From Syntrophomonadaceae bacterium (GTDB lineage: Bacteria > Bacillota > Dethiobacteria > DTU022): a stretch of 61,006 nt of DNA. Shown here piece after piece: positions 1 through 9,304 of this stretch. The DNA lies in the NCBI GenBank assembly GCA_007130825.1, contig SLRT01000060.1, positions 1 to 61,006 on the forward strand, in the 5' to 3' direction. Under the pieces are notes generated by a model. That model was not told the origin of the DNA, made no database searches, and saw nothing but the letters and a program-made list of their open reading frames with translations. Positions within the stretch are counted from its first letter, which is position 1, and every line of letters starts with the position of its first letter. A program made the translations under genes and the position numbers.

Positions 1-351
1 ATTATTGCCGGTCTGGCGGCTACCGAAGTTGAAGGAGTTTCATCGATGAGCGGCGGCATTGCCGGTGGAATTGCCGAAGTGCTGGGTCGTCGTAACCTGT
101 CTAAAGGAATAAAGGTTGAAGTAGGCACAGAAGAGGCAAAAATTGATATTTTTATCATCGTGGAGTACGGATCGCGTATTCCCGACGTGGCCTGGGATAT
201 CCAGGAAGGGGTTAAAAAAACGGTCGAGGATATGACCGGTTTGCATGTAACTTATGTTAACGTTCATGTCCAGGGCGTTCACTTCCCCCAGAAGGAAAAT
301 GAGCAAATAGAAGCAGAAACAGTTGAAGTGGAAGAAACCAACCAGATCTAG
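1..351 (+). CDS. Asp23/Gls24 family envelope stress protein (5' truncated by window edge)
   Basis: Frame +1 is open from base 1 (IIAGLAATEVEGV...KGIKVEV...YG.RIPDVAWDIQ..VK..VE.MTGL.V..VNVHVQGV). Typical position upstream of amaP-nusB. Confidence 0.9.
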   Translation: MIAGLAATEVEGVSSMSGGIAGGIAEVLGRRNLSKGIKVEVGTEEAKIDIFIIVEYGSRIPDVAWDIQEGVKKTVEDMTGLHVTYVNVHVQGVHFPQKENEQIEAETVEVEETNQI

Positions 352-386
352 ATTGATGTGTTTTATACTGATAAGGGGGAATAAAC

Positions 387-917
387 ATGAAAGCGGTAGT
401 GCGTGTGATCATGGTATTTTTGGGGCTTTTGTTTGTCGGCGCCGGCCTTTTCCTGTTCGCTATAAACTACGACCTGATCCCGCAACTTAGACTGGATATG
501 CCCGCATGGGCAGATGAAAACGTCGTGCTTGCAGTCGGAGCAGCCCTGCTGCTTATCGCCCTGATCCTGTTTTCGCTGGGTTTACGGAAATCGCGAAAGC
601 CGGCTACAGCCGTGCTTAAAGGAAGCGAATATGGCGAAGTGCAGATCTCGATTACAGCTATCGAGAATATGGTCCTGCGGGTAGTGCAGCAAACCAAGGG
701 CATAAAAGATGTCAGCAGGTCGGTTTCTTTTACCCCGGACGGGTTGGTTGTTCAGGTCCGGATCAGGGTCCTGCCCGATGTTCCCATGCCCGGAGTAACC
801 AGTGAATTGCAGTCTAAAGTCAAGGAATATGTCGAAGAGATTACCGGCATAACCGTCCATGAGGTAAAGGTTGATGTCGAAAACATTGTCGTAGACCAGG
901 CTCAATCCAAAAAATAG
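387..917 (+). CDS. amaP: Alkaline shock response membrane anchor protein AmaP
   Basis: Two N-terminal TM helices, GEVQISITAIEN motif, Asp23-like C-terminus (VKEYVEEITGITV.EVKV). RBS AAGGGGG. Synteny with asp23/nusB. Confidence 0.85.
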   Translation: MKAVVRVIMVFLGLLFVGAGLFLFAINYDLIPQLRLDMPAWADENVVLAVGAALLLIALILFSLGLRKSRKPATAVLKGSEYGEVQISITAIENMVLRVVQQTKGIKDVSRSVSFTPDGLVVQVRIRVLPDVPMPGVTSELQSKVKEYVEEITGITVHEVKVDVENIVVDQAQSKK

Positions 918-1080
918 AACTTGTAACCGGATATAACGGAAAGTATCGCCGGTCTATGACAAACCGCTTGGTTCGCGATCGGCAGGCAGCGGGGAAAGAT
1001 CCCGGGAAGCGCGCCTGCCGCTATAATAGAAACAATACCAGCCTGCGGCGAACAGTTTGCAGCACGGAGGTACTAACCCA

Positions 1081-1497
1081 TTGTCCCGTCGTTTAGCCAG
1101 AGAAGTCGCCTTCACCGCCCTGTTTCAGGTTGATGTGGGCCGGTGCAGAACAAAAAATGCATTGATGCGTTCTATGGAAGGCTACAATTTCAACAGCGAA
1201 GAGGAGCAATTTATCACTGATCTGCTCACCAACACCGTTGAGCATCAGGATTATCTCGACGAAATAATTAAAAAATACCTGGTTAAGTGGGAGCTGGAGC
1301 GGCTTTCTGCGGTTGATAGAAACTTGCTGCGGCTGGCCTTGTATGAAATCCTCTACCGGGCCGATATTCCCCACGCGGTATCGATCAACGAAGCTCTGGA
1401 GCTGGCTAAAAAATACGGAAGCACCGGGGAAGCGGTCGGTTTCATTAACGGTGTTTTAGATCGTGCAGTAGGAGAAGCTTTTGATCGAGAAACCTGA
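1081..1497 (+). CDS. nusB: Transcription antitermination factor NusB
   Basis: SRRLARE.AF..LFQ, W.LERL..VDRN.LRLA.YE, VSINEALELAKKY, FINGVLD. TTG start at 1081 after GGAGG. Confidence 0.95.
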   Translation: MSRRLAREVAFTALFQVDVGRCRTKNALMRSMEGYNFNSEEEQFITDLLTNTVEHQDYLDEIIKKYLVKWELERLSAVDRNLLRLALYEILYRADIPHAVSINEALELAKKYGSTGEAVGFINGVLDRAVGEAFDRET

Positions 1498-2443
1498 GCG
1501 GCGTCTGTATTTAGGTCTGGATACATCTGCATATACGACATCACTGGCTGTTGTAGATCAGGATGAAAGGCTTGTCTTCGACAGCAGGATGCCCCTTTCT
1601 GTTCAAGAGGGCAGTTTGGGTCTGCGTCAATCAGAGGCAGTTTTTTCGCATATCAAGAACCTTCCCTGCCTGTGGCAAAATGAGCCGGAAATACTTAAAG
1701 CGGGTTCGCTGACTGCTATTGCTTCGTCAGCCCGGCCGCGGCCGGTTGCCGGTTCATACATGCCCGTTTTTAAAGTAAGTGAGGCCTTTGGTTTGTTTCT
1801 TGCGCAAACCATGGGCCTTAATTATTTATCTTCCTCGCACCAGGAAGGCCATATTTTTGCCGGTTTATGGTCGGCCGGTTTGCAGGCCGGCTGTTACCTG
1901 GTTATTCATCTTTCCGGAGGCACAACCGAGATTGTTTCCACTGCGGAAAAAAGCCCCGGCTGCTTAAACTTGAACCTGCTGGGCGAAAGCGCCGATCTAA
2001 ACGCCGGCCAGTTTATCGATCGTTTGGGCCGGGCTATGGGCCTTGATTTTCCGGCCGGTCCGCAGCTGGAGAAACTGGCCGAAAGCGGAGGTCAAGACGC
2101 AATCAGGCTGCCGGTAGCGGTCCGGGGCAAGCAAATCAGCTTTTCCGGACCGGCCAGCCAGGCAGAACGCCTGATCGATCAAGGCTGCCGCCGGGAAGAT
2201 CTGGCCCGGGCGATTGAAGTTTGTATCGCCGATTCGCTGACTGCGGCAGTCAATCATTTGTCCCGCCAAACAGACTGCGACTACATTGTGCTTGCCGTCG
2301 GGGGTGTAATGGCCAACCGGTTTATCCGAAAACGTTTGCAGAAAAATCTTGCGGGCCGGGATCTGTTTTTCGCCAGTCCCGAGTACGCTTCCGATAACGC
2401 GGTGGGCCTGGCCGTGCAGGCCGCACGCCGCTTTAAAACTTAG
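1481..2443 (+). CDS. TsaD/Kae1-family paralog (clostridial 'O-sialoglycoprotein endopeptidase'-like), function uncertain
   Basis: LGLDTS.YTTS, SHQEGH metal motif, LSGGTT, AGQFIDR.G, GGVMAN, SDNAVG. Overlaps the nusB stop. Confidence 0.8.
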   Translation: MIEKPERRLYLGLDTSAYTTSLAVVDQDERLVFDSRMPLSVQEGSLGLRQSEAVFSHIKNLPCLWQNEPEILKAGSLTAIASSARPRPVAGSYMPVFKVSEAFGLFLAQTMGLNYLSSSHQEGHIFAGLWSAGLQAGCYLVIHLSGGTTEIVSTAEKSPGCLNLNLLGESADLNAGQFIDRLGRAMGLDFPAGPQLEKLAESGGQDAIRLPVAVRGKQISFSGPASQAERLIDQGCRREDLARAIEVCIADSLTAAVNHLSRQTDCDYIVLAVGGVMANRFIRKRLQKNLAGRDLFFASPEYASDNAVGLAVQAARRFKT

Positions 2444-2483
2444 ATAAAAATTATCGCTAAAGTTACGTACTATTAAAACTCTA

Positions 2484-2512
2484 AAAGGAATTTCTCAAAA
2501 CATGGCGAAGTT
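2484..2512 (+). promoter_or_regulatory. SigH-like promoter upstream of sfrB-like gene
   Basis: AAAGGAATT-11 nt-GGCGAAGTT versus B. subtilis SigH consensus RNAGGAWWW-11/12-RNNGAATWW. Confidence 0.45.
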
Positions 2513-2582
2513 ATCATGGATTGAGTGTACAGTTAAAGGCTGGGCCTTAAGCGTATATATTAACTACAGATGGAGGGAGGAT

Positions 2583-2600
2583 GCGTGAAAAGTATCACGA
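2583..2600. promoter_or_regulatory. Putative Rex (NADH/NAD+ sensor) operator
   Basis: GCGTGAAAAGTATCACGA versus Rex consensus TTGTGAA-N4-TTCACAA. Palindromic CGTGA...TCACG core upstream of a redox operon. Confidence 0.45.
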
Positions 2601-2651
2601 ACTTTAACCGGGGAGGTAGGTTAAGAAATTTCTTTAGGGAGAGAGGGAAAA

Positions 2652-4613
2652 ATGTCCAAGGTATTTTTTAGCAGCTGGAATGGTAAATTAAACGATGAAC
2701 GAAATAAGAACAGTGATCAAAGGATGGACCTGGAAAAATTGGATATACCCTCTCAGCTTGAAGGCGATGATTTAAAGGCCTTTATTGGCTGGGCGGGTTT
2801 AGTGATTGTGGATCCGGAATTAAATGTGGTCGAAGCTTTAAAAGAATACTTCAAGAATGTCCAGCAGGAATCTTGCGGCCGCTGTATTCCCTGCCGGGCC
2901 GGCAGTAAAGTAATCACCGACCGGTTGGAAAAGTTGATTGCAGGCAAAGGCAGCGAAAAAGACCTGGTCTTTTTAAAAGAGATCAGCCAGCTGATTAAGG
3001 ACAGTTCGCTTTGCGAACTGGGAATGTCTTCACCGGTTCCCCTGCTGCACGCTCTGGAACACTTCGCAGAAGACTTTTCCGCTTATTTAAAAGAAGACCG
3101 GCCTGCAGGGGGCAATGGTCTGGCTTACCGGCCGATTTTGACTGCGCCCTGCCGCAACGGTTGTCCTGCTCATATCAATATCCCCAAGTATATCGAATCA
3201 ATCAAAGAAGGCAATTATGAAGAAGCTCTGGCGGTGAACCGGGAAAAAACGCCGCTGGTCGGCACCCTGGGAAGGGTTTGTGTCCACCCCTGTGAATCAA
3301 ACTGTAACCGTCAACCTTATGATCAGTCGCTGTCGATCAGGCTCTTAAAGCGTTTTGCCGCAGATTTCGGGGCTAAAAACGATTACGATAAAAAAAATGA
3401 ACTTCCCAGGCCGGCTGCTGATGCCGATAAGGTCGCTGTTGTCGGCGCCGGCCCGGCCGGGCTGAACGCTGCTTACCAGCTGGCTCAAAAAGGTTATGCC
3501 GTGACTATTTACGAGGCTCTGCCCGTAGCCGGGGGCATGCTGGCGGTCGGGATTCCCAGCTACCGCCTGCCCCGTGATATTCTTAATGCGGAAATCGGGC
3601 TGGTGGAAAGCCTCGGTGTGGAAATAAAGTATAATATGCGGGTCGGGGTAGATATAAGCTTAGATAAGCTCTGGGATGAAGGCTACAAGGCGATATTTAT
3701 CGCCAACGGCCTGCACGAAAGCGCGACCATGGGCTGCCAGGGTGAAGATGCCGGCTACAAGGGTTTTATACCCGGCGTAGAGTACCTGCGCAAGATGAAT
3801 CTTGGTGAAAAAGTCGATCTGGGCGACAGGGTCGCCGTTATCGGCGGCGGAAACGTGGCCATGGACTGTGCCCGTTCTGCTTTGCGACTCGGGGCGAAAG
3901 AAGTTAACCTGATTTACCGCCGCAGCCGGGCGGAAATGCCGGCCAACGAGGCGGAAGTGGATGCCGCTGAAGAGGAAGGGGTTATATTTCACATGCTTTC
4001 CAACCCGACCTGCATCCTCGAAGAAGGCAGTTGTGTCAGCGGCCTGCAGTGCATCAGGATGAAGCTCGGTGAACCCGATGAAAGCGGAAGGCGCCGACCG
4101 GTACCGGTGGAAGGATCCGAACATGTCCTGGAGGTAGATACGGTTATCCCGGCCATCGGCCAGGTAGCTGATTATTGTTACATGACCCCGGACTGCGGAC
4201 TGGAGCTGACTAAAAAAGGAACCCTGGTGGCAGATTCGCAAACCATGGCTGCTGACGCTCCCGGTGTATTTGCCGGAGGTGATGTTGTCCTCGGCGCCGC
4301 AACAGTAATCGAGGCGATCGCTTCGGCCAACCGCGCCGCTGAAGCAATTGATAACTATATTAGGACCGGAAAGAGCAGCGTGGAGTCACAACTAGTGCAG
4401 GAAAGGCATGTAGAAAAAATAGGGGTTTATAAAGAGGAAGTAGTGCCGGAAATGGTCGGGGGAAGAGCCCGCCTGGAAGAAGAAGTATGCCCGGTTCAGG
4501 AAAGGTTACAGGGTTTTGCTGAAGCAGAACTGGGCTTTAAAAATCCATCAGAAGTGATCACCGAAGCGGAACGCTGCATCAAGTGTTTACGCCTGGGTCT
4601 GGCCATTTTATAA
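2652..4613 (+). CDS. SfrB-like NAD(P)H oxidoreductase beta subunit (NuoF-type 4Fe-4S domain + GltD-like flavoprotein)
   Basis: N-terminus V.FSSW...AF.GW.G, ESCGRCIPC, TAPC..GCPAHI.IP.YI, GRVC.HPCE..C.R, GAGPAGL, GGGNVAMDCAR, FAGGD, C-terminal EAERC..C. Matches the recalled architecture of Geobacter SfrB. Confidence 0.8.
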   Translation: MSKVFFSSWNGKLNDERNKNSDQRMDLEKLDIPSQLEGDDLKAFIGWAGLVIVDPELNVVEALKEYFKNVQQESCGRCIPCRAGSKVITDRLEKLIAGKGSEKDLVFLKEISQLIKDSSLCELGMSSPVPLLHALEHFAEDFSAYLKEDRPAGGNGLAYRPILTAPCRNGCPAHINIPKYIESIKEGNYEEALAVNREKTPLVGTLGRVCVHPCESNCNRQPYDQSLSIRLLKRFAADFGAKNDYDKKNELPRPAADADKVAVVGAGPAGLNAAYQLAQKGYAVTIYEALPVAGGMLAVGIPSYRLPRDILNAEIGLVESLGVEIKYNMRVGVDISLDKLWDEGYKAIFIANGLHESATMGCQGEDAGYKGFIPGVEYLRKMNLGEKVDLGDRVAVIGGGNVAMDCARSALRLGAKEVNLIYRRSRAEMPANEAEVDAAEEEGVIFHMLSNPTCILEEGSCVSGLQCIRMKLGEPDESGRRRPVPVEGSEHVLEVDTVIPAIGQVADYCYMTPDCGLELTKKGTLVADSQTMAADAPGVFAGGDVVLGAATVIEAIASANRAAEAIDNYIRTGKSSVESQLVQERHVEKIGVYKEEVVPEMVGGRARLEEEVCPVQERLQGFAEAELGFKNPSEVITEAERCIKCLRLGLAIL

Positions 4614-4634
4614 CCGAGGGGAGGGTATAAAAAA

Positions 4635-6656
4635 ATGAAAACAGTAAACTTACAAATTGATGGCAAGAAGATATTTGCTGAAGAGGGCACGACTATTCTG
4701 GAGGCGGCCCGGCAGAACGGAATCGATATTCCCACTTTATGCTACCACCCCCGGTTGGCACCGCTTGGCCATTGCCGTGTCTGTATCGTTGATATCGAGG
4801 GAATCGACAAGCCGGTAACGTCCTGCGATAATCCGGTCGCCGCAGGCATGGTGATTGCGACCGATACGCCGGAAATTCAAGAAATGCGTAACCAGATCCT
4901 GGTCTTGTCTTTATCGACTCATCCGTACAAAGACTGCCTGACCTGTGTGCGAACCGGTACATGTGAATTGCAGGAGAAGGCATATAACTTCAAGGTCGAC
5001 CTGCCCGAACAGCTCGAGCAGGAAATACCGACGGAAAAATCTGCAGACAATCCTTACATCGTCCGCGACGAGGAAAAATGCATTCTTTGCGGCCGCTGTA
5101 TCCAGGTTTGCCGCAGCGGGCCGGGCTGTTTTGTCTACAGCATGATCGGCAACGGGGTTAACACCCGGGTGGTTCCCTACCGTGACGGTAAGGTGGTTTC
5201 CATGGAAGAAGCAGGCTGTATATTCTGCGGACAATGCGTCGATGTATGCCCGGTAGCGGCTTTAACTGAAACGGGCAGAACCGCCGGAGGAAGAGAATGG
5301 GAATTGCTGCAGGCACCCGGGGTCTGTGTCGAATGCTCGCTTGGCTGCACCCTGGAAAGGCAGGCCTCCGGCGACGAACTGATCAAGGTAACCGTGCCCG
5401 CTGAAGGGGATAAAGTCAGCTGGCTCTGCAAAAAAGGCAAGTTTGGTGTCCATGAACTTGATCCCAAGCCGGCCGCAGCGCCGCTTTTACGCCAGGGCAA
5501 TGAATATAAAGAAATACCTTATGACGAGGCTGTTAAGCAAACTGCCCGGACTTTGCTCGATATTAAAAAGAACTCCGGCCCGGGCGCTGTAGCCGTCCTT
5601 GCTTCCGGAAAACAAAGCAACGAGGAAGGCTACCTGCTGCAGAAACTGGCCCGCTCCGTTTTAGGTACCGCCAACGTTGACCTCGGGGTTGAAAAATCCT
5701 GGGCGCAGGCTTATCAGGGTATGCTGAAAATAACCGGGGGCGGAGTTTGCGGACCGACACCGGCATCAATGCAGGAATGCGAAGCGATCATCGTGATCGG
5801 ATCGGGGCTCGATGAAAGCCATCCGGTAGCAGCGATGGCCGTTCAGCAGGCGGGGCGCTTCGGCGATGCGGTTATTGTCCGCCTGGCCGGCGGAAATGAT
5901 CAGAGCAGCGCCTGGGAAGAAATTAATATAACACCCAGGCCCGGTGGTGAAGCCGCCGCGCTTGAAGGAATAACCGCAGCTATCCGGGGCAAAGACGTAT
6001 CGAAAGCGGCCCGGGAGGCTGGAATTACTGCCGATGAATTAAAAGCGGCCGCCGGACAGTTGTCGAAAATGAGAAGCTGTACTGTGGTCAGCTCCTCATT
6101 CTTTGACTCTGCCGATGAAAAACAAATCGAAGCTCTGCTCAGCATGGCTGAAGCGAGCGGACAGCTTGAGCGCGGACGCAGTGAACTACTGCTCCTGTCC
6201 CGCTTCAGTAATGCGGCCGGAACAATTGTGCTCGGCGGGTCGCCGCTTTTCGGTCCGGGTTTTACGGCTTTAAACGGCGAAGCCGGCCTTAACCGCGAAG
6301 AAATTGCCGCGGCAGCAAAAGAAGGAAAGGTCAAAGGGGTGCTTAGTATCGGAAATGGCTTTGCTGACGCGAAACCAGGCGGCCTGGAATTTCTGGCTTC
6401 CTCCTGCCTTGTCCGTGAGGAAGCGCCGGAAAATGCCGACCTGCTGCTTCCCGCCCAGCCGGCTGTCCGAAAACGAGGCGCTTTTACCAATTCCTCCGGG
6501 CAAACCTGTTTTAATGAAACGGCCCTGCCAGATGCGCGCAATCAGCCGGAAGACTGGAAGTTGATCTGTGATCTGGCCGAGGCTATGGGCGAAAAGTGGA
6601 ACTATACTTCCCTGGAGGATATCCGGGAAGAAATGCGCGAGCTGATACCCGGTTAA
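4635..6656 (+). CDS. SfrA/NuoG/FdhA-like Fe-S alpha subunit with degenerate molybdopterin domain
   Basis: 2Fe-2S (IPTLC...CRVC...C), HP..DC..C.....C, CILCGRC..VC, CIFCGQC...C and CVECSLGC...LC motifs. No Cys/Sec-His at the Fdh active-site position. Ends before domain IV. Confidence 0.75.
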   Translation: MKTVNLQIDGKKIFAEEGTTILEAARQNGIDIPTLCYHPRLAPLGHCRVCIVDIEGIDKPVTSCDNPVAAGMVIATDTPEIQEMRNQILVLSLSTHPYKDCLTCVRTGTCELQEKAYNFKVDLPEQLEQEIPTEKSADNPYIVRDEEKCILCGRCIQVCRSGPGCFVYSMIGNGVNTRVVPYRDGKVVSMEEAGCIFCGQCVDVCPVAALTETGRTAGGREWELLQAPGVCVECSLGCTLERQASGDELIKVTVPAEGDKVSWLCKKGKFGVHELDPKPAAAPLLRQGNEYKEIPYDEAVKQTARTLLDIKKNSGPGAVAVLASGKQSNEEGYLLQKLARSVLGTANVDLGVEKSWAQAYQGMLKITGGGVCGPTPASMQECEAIIVIGSGLDESHPVAAMAVQQAGRFGDAVIVRLAGGNDQSSAWEEINITPRPGGEAAALEGITAAIRGKDVSKAAREAGITADELKAAAGQLSKMRSCTVVSSSFFDSADEKQIEALLSMAEASGQLERGRSELLLLSRFSNAAGTIVLGGSPLFGPGFTALNGEAGLNREEIAAAAKEGKVKGVLSIGNGFADAKPGGLEFLASSCLVREEAPENADLLLPAQPAVRKRGAFTNSSGQTCFNETALPDARNQPEDWKLICDLAEAMGEKWNYTSLEDIREEMRELIPG

Positions 6657-6789
6657 GCAATTACTTCCGGACATATAATTGACGGCCGGAGATTAGATCA
6701 GTTAACCGGGAGGTATAAAGCAGAAATGCCCGGCTGCCTGCAGCAGCAAATCAACGTTGCCCAGGCAGCCGGGCCCAGCTGCAAACATT

Positions 6790-8016
6790 ATGGATGAGCA
6801 CTTGACGGTTTTAAATGTTTCCGAGATCAACCGCTACGTGAAAGGGTTGATTCAAAATGACCCGCGCCTGCGTGATTTATGGGTGAGGGGGGAGATCTCC
6901 AATTATAAACACCACCGCTCCGGACATATGTACTTTACGGTAAAAGACAGCTCATCTTCTCTGCGCTGTGTTTTTTTTCGCCGCGAAAATATGCGCTGTA
7001 TTTTTCAGCCGGCCGACGGTATGGATGTAATTTTACACGGAAACCTGTCGGTATACGAGCCGGGCGGTATTTACCAGCTTTACGTGCAGGAAATGCAGCC
7101 GGCCGGGATGGGTTCGTTGTTTGTTGCTTTCGAGCAGTTAAAACATAAATTGGAAGCAGACGGCCTGTTCAGGGCTGAACATAAAAAAAAGCTGCCGCTT
7201 GTTCCCCGAAAAATCGGGTTGATTACCTCGCCAAGCGGAGCGGCCCTGCAGGATATTTTAACTACGATCAAGAAACGTTTTCCCCATGTTCACCTGCTGG
7301 TCGTTGAAAGCCTCGTCCAGGGAGCCGGGGCAGCGGCCGATATTGTCCGGGCCCTGGATCTGCTGAATACAATGGAAGATATCGATATAATTATTCTCAC
7401 CCGCGGCGGCGGTTCGCTCGAAGATTTGTGGCCGTTTAATGAGGAAATAGTCGCCCGGGCTATTTACCGTTCATCCAAGCCGGTTGTTTCGGCGGTGGGG
7501 CATGAAACTGATTTTACCATAGCCGATTTCACTGCCGATGTAAGGGCGCACACTCCGACGGAAGCGGCAGCGGCGGCGGTGCCAATTTATGATGAGCTGC
7601 TGTTGGATATCGGTCAATTACGCAACCGGGCCGGCCTGGCCCTGCACAACCGGGTGCAGCAGGAAAAGCAGCGGCTTGACCATGTAGTCGGTGAACGATT
7701 TTTCCGCCGGCCGCGGGAACGGATCAAAGTATTGCGGGACTCTCTGGAAAATAACGAGACGAAACTGCGGCGGGAGATTGTGCGTGTGCTGCAGTTGAAG
7801 GGGATCAAGCTGACCGCCCTGGTTGATAAGCTGGAAAGCTACAGTCCTCTGAAAGTGATGAGCCGGGGTTACAGTTTTTGCCGCGACGGGCAGGGTCGCA
7901 TTATCCGCTCGATTAAAGATATCCGCATTGGCCAGCTGCTGCATCTGAGTTTCAAGGACGGAAAAGCCGAATGCCGCGCTGAAAAGGTTGAGGAGGACTG
8001 TATCGTTGACCGATAA
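6790..8016 (+). CDS. xseA: Exodeoxyribonuclease VII large subunit
   Basis: WVRGEISN, SGHMYFT.KD, IGLITSPSGAA.QD, RGGGS.EDLW.FNEE, SAVGHETDFTIADF. Start codon uncertain. Confidence 0.95.
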   Translation: MDEHLTVLNVSEINRYVKGLIQNDPRLRDLWVRGEISNYKHHRSGHMYFTVKDSSSSLRCVFFRRENMRCIFQPADGMDVILHGNLSVYEPGGIYQLYVQEMQPAGMGSLFVAFEQLKHKLEADGLFRAEHKKKLPLVPRKIGLITSPSGAALQDILTTIKKRFPHVHLLVVESLVQGAGAAADIVRALDLLNTMEDIDIIILTRGGGSLEDLWPFNEEIVARAIYRSSKPVVSAVGHETDFTIADFTADVRAHTPTEAAAAAVPIYDELLLDIGQLRNRAGLALHNRVQQEKQRLDHVVGERFFRRPRERIKVLRDSLENNETKLRREIVRVLQLKGIKLTALVDKLESYSPLKVMSRGYSFCRDGQGRIIRSIKDIRIGQLLHLSFKDGKAECRAEKVEEDCIVDR

Positions 8017-8275
8017 AAAAATTGAAGAGATGACTTATGAAGAAGCGGTAAAGCGATTGGAAGAAATCGTCAGCCGCCTGGAAAATGCCGAAATACCCCT
8101 GGAGGAATCGCTGTCTTCTTTCCAGGAAGGAATTGCCCTTTCCCGTTACTGCCGGGAAAAACTGGCCGAAATCGAATACCGGGTGGAATACCTGCTTAAA
8201 GAAGAACAGCAGCAGTCTTTTGATCTTGAAGGCGGCAAGACAGGGGAGAATAATGGTGATGGAGACGAAAAATGA
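8006..8275 (+). CDS. xseB: Exodeoxyribonuclease VII small subunit
   Basis: YEEA..RLEEIV..LE...PLEES...F.EG..L...C. TTG at 8006 after GAGGAGG. Confidence 0.93.
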   Translation: MTDKKIEEMTYEEAVKRLEEIVSRLENAEIPLEESLSSFQEGIALSRYCREKLAEIEYRVEYLLKEEQQQSFDLEGGKTGENNGDGDEK

Positions 8276-9156
8276 TCGATATTGATCAATACCTGGATGA
8301 GAAAAGAAAGAAGGTCAACCGGGCCTTAAAAAAATTCCGGGCGCAGTCCGGACCGGCTGCGGTCATCGATGCGATGAACTACAGCCTGGAAGCCGGAGGA
8401 AAACGGCTCAGGCCGATTCTTACCCTGGCGGTTGCCGATACCCTCGGTTCAGAAGATGATTCGATTATCGACGTGGCCTGCGCTTTAGAGCTTGTGCACA
8501 CCTACTCTCTGATCCACGATGATCTTCCGGCCATGGATGACAGCGACCTGCGCCGGGGAAAGCCAACCTGCCACAAGGTTTACGGCGAAGCAATCGCTGT
8601 TTTGGCCGGTGATGCTTTGCTGACCCTGGCTTTTGAGGTTCTCGGCAGCTACGGCCGGCAGGAAGGGTATGCCGGTAAGGCGATAAAAATTATTGCCGAA
8701 CTGTCCGGGGCATCCGGGGTACGGGGTATGATCGGCGGGCAGGTTCTCGATCTTGAAGCCGAAGGTAAAGAATTGACCAGGGCCGAAGTAGAGGATATCT
8801 CTGCGAAGAAAACCGGTGCCCTGCTGCGCGCGGCAGTCATTTGCGGAGCTATAGCCGCCGATGCCAGTTTAGAAGAACAAAAAATACTCAGCGCTTATGC
8901 TTCCAATATCGGAACCGCTTTTCAGATTACCGATGATTTGCTTGATCTGGAAAGCAGCGCAGAAGAATTAGGCAAACCGGTTGGAGCGGACCGGGAACGC
9001 TTTAAACCGACCTACCCGGCAGTCATCGGCCCGGAAGAGGCCAGGCGGGAAGCGGAAATATTTTATCAGCAATCGGTTGCATCGTTAAGAAACCTAAACC
9101 AGCCTGCGGAGCTGTTACAGGAACTGGCCCGGAAGCTTGTTTTTCGGAAAAAATAA
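8272..9156 (+). CDS. ispA: Farnesyl/geranylgeranyl diphosphate synthase
   Basis: GGKRLRP, HTYSLIHDDLPAMDD.DLRRGKPT, GQVLD, KTGAL, FQITDDLLD. Confidence 0.95.
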   Translation: MIDIDQYLDEKRKKVNRALKKFRAQSGPAAVIDAMNYSLEAGGKRLRPILTLAVADTLGSEDDSIIDVACALELVHTYSLIHDDLPAMDDSDLRRGKPTCHKVYGEAIAVLAGDALLTLAFEVLGSYGRQEGYAGKAIKIIAELSGASGVRGMIGGQVLDLEAEGKELTRAEVEDISAKKTGALLRAAVICGAIAADASLEEQKILSAYASNIGTAFQITDDLLDLESSAEELGKPVGADRERFKPTYPAVIGPEEARREAEIFYQQSVASLRNLNQPAELLQELARKLVFRKK

Positions 9157-9259
9157 GGGCTCTAGTGCCATACTACAATATGGCGCAGTAATTTAAGCGT
9201 TTATGATACCGTCTGTCTTTTTAAACTGGCAGTCGAGCCGAAATATAATCCCCGGCGTG

Positions 9260-9288
9260 TTGTTTGTAAACAAAGGTTGTGCTATGAT
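9260..9288 (+). promoter_or_regulatory. SigA promoter of OLE-oapA-dxs
   Basis: TTGTTT(9260)-17 nt-TATGAT(9283) with an extended -10 TG. The -35 lies within a TTGTTT-GT-AAACAA palindrome. Confidence 0.65.
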
Positions 9289-9304
9289 ATGGTACTGAAG
9301 ACAG

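Noticed and set aside
918-1080. DUF2273 small gene or structured RNA between amaP and nusB
   Set aside because: No hydrophobic small ORF with an RBS; only one GC stem (CGGCAGGC/GCCTGCCG), which is insufficient for a call.
1834-1844. CTCGCACCAGG matching the tRNA-Leu 3' end as a possible att site
   Set aside because: It is only 11 bp, lies inside a conserved coding motif (SHQEGH), and the intervening DNA is core housekeeping genes.
4635-6656. Selenocysteine formate dehydrogenase
   Set aside because: There is no in-frame TGA and no Cys/Sec-His at the active-site position; the gene ends in TAA.
6663-6690. dif-like site (ACTTCCGGACA-TATAAT-...)
   Set aside because: Only the left arm resembles Bacillus dif; the XerD arm TTATGTAAACT is absent.
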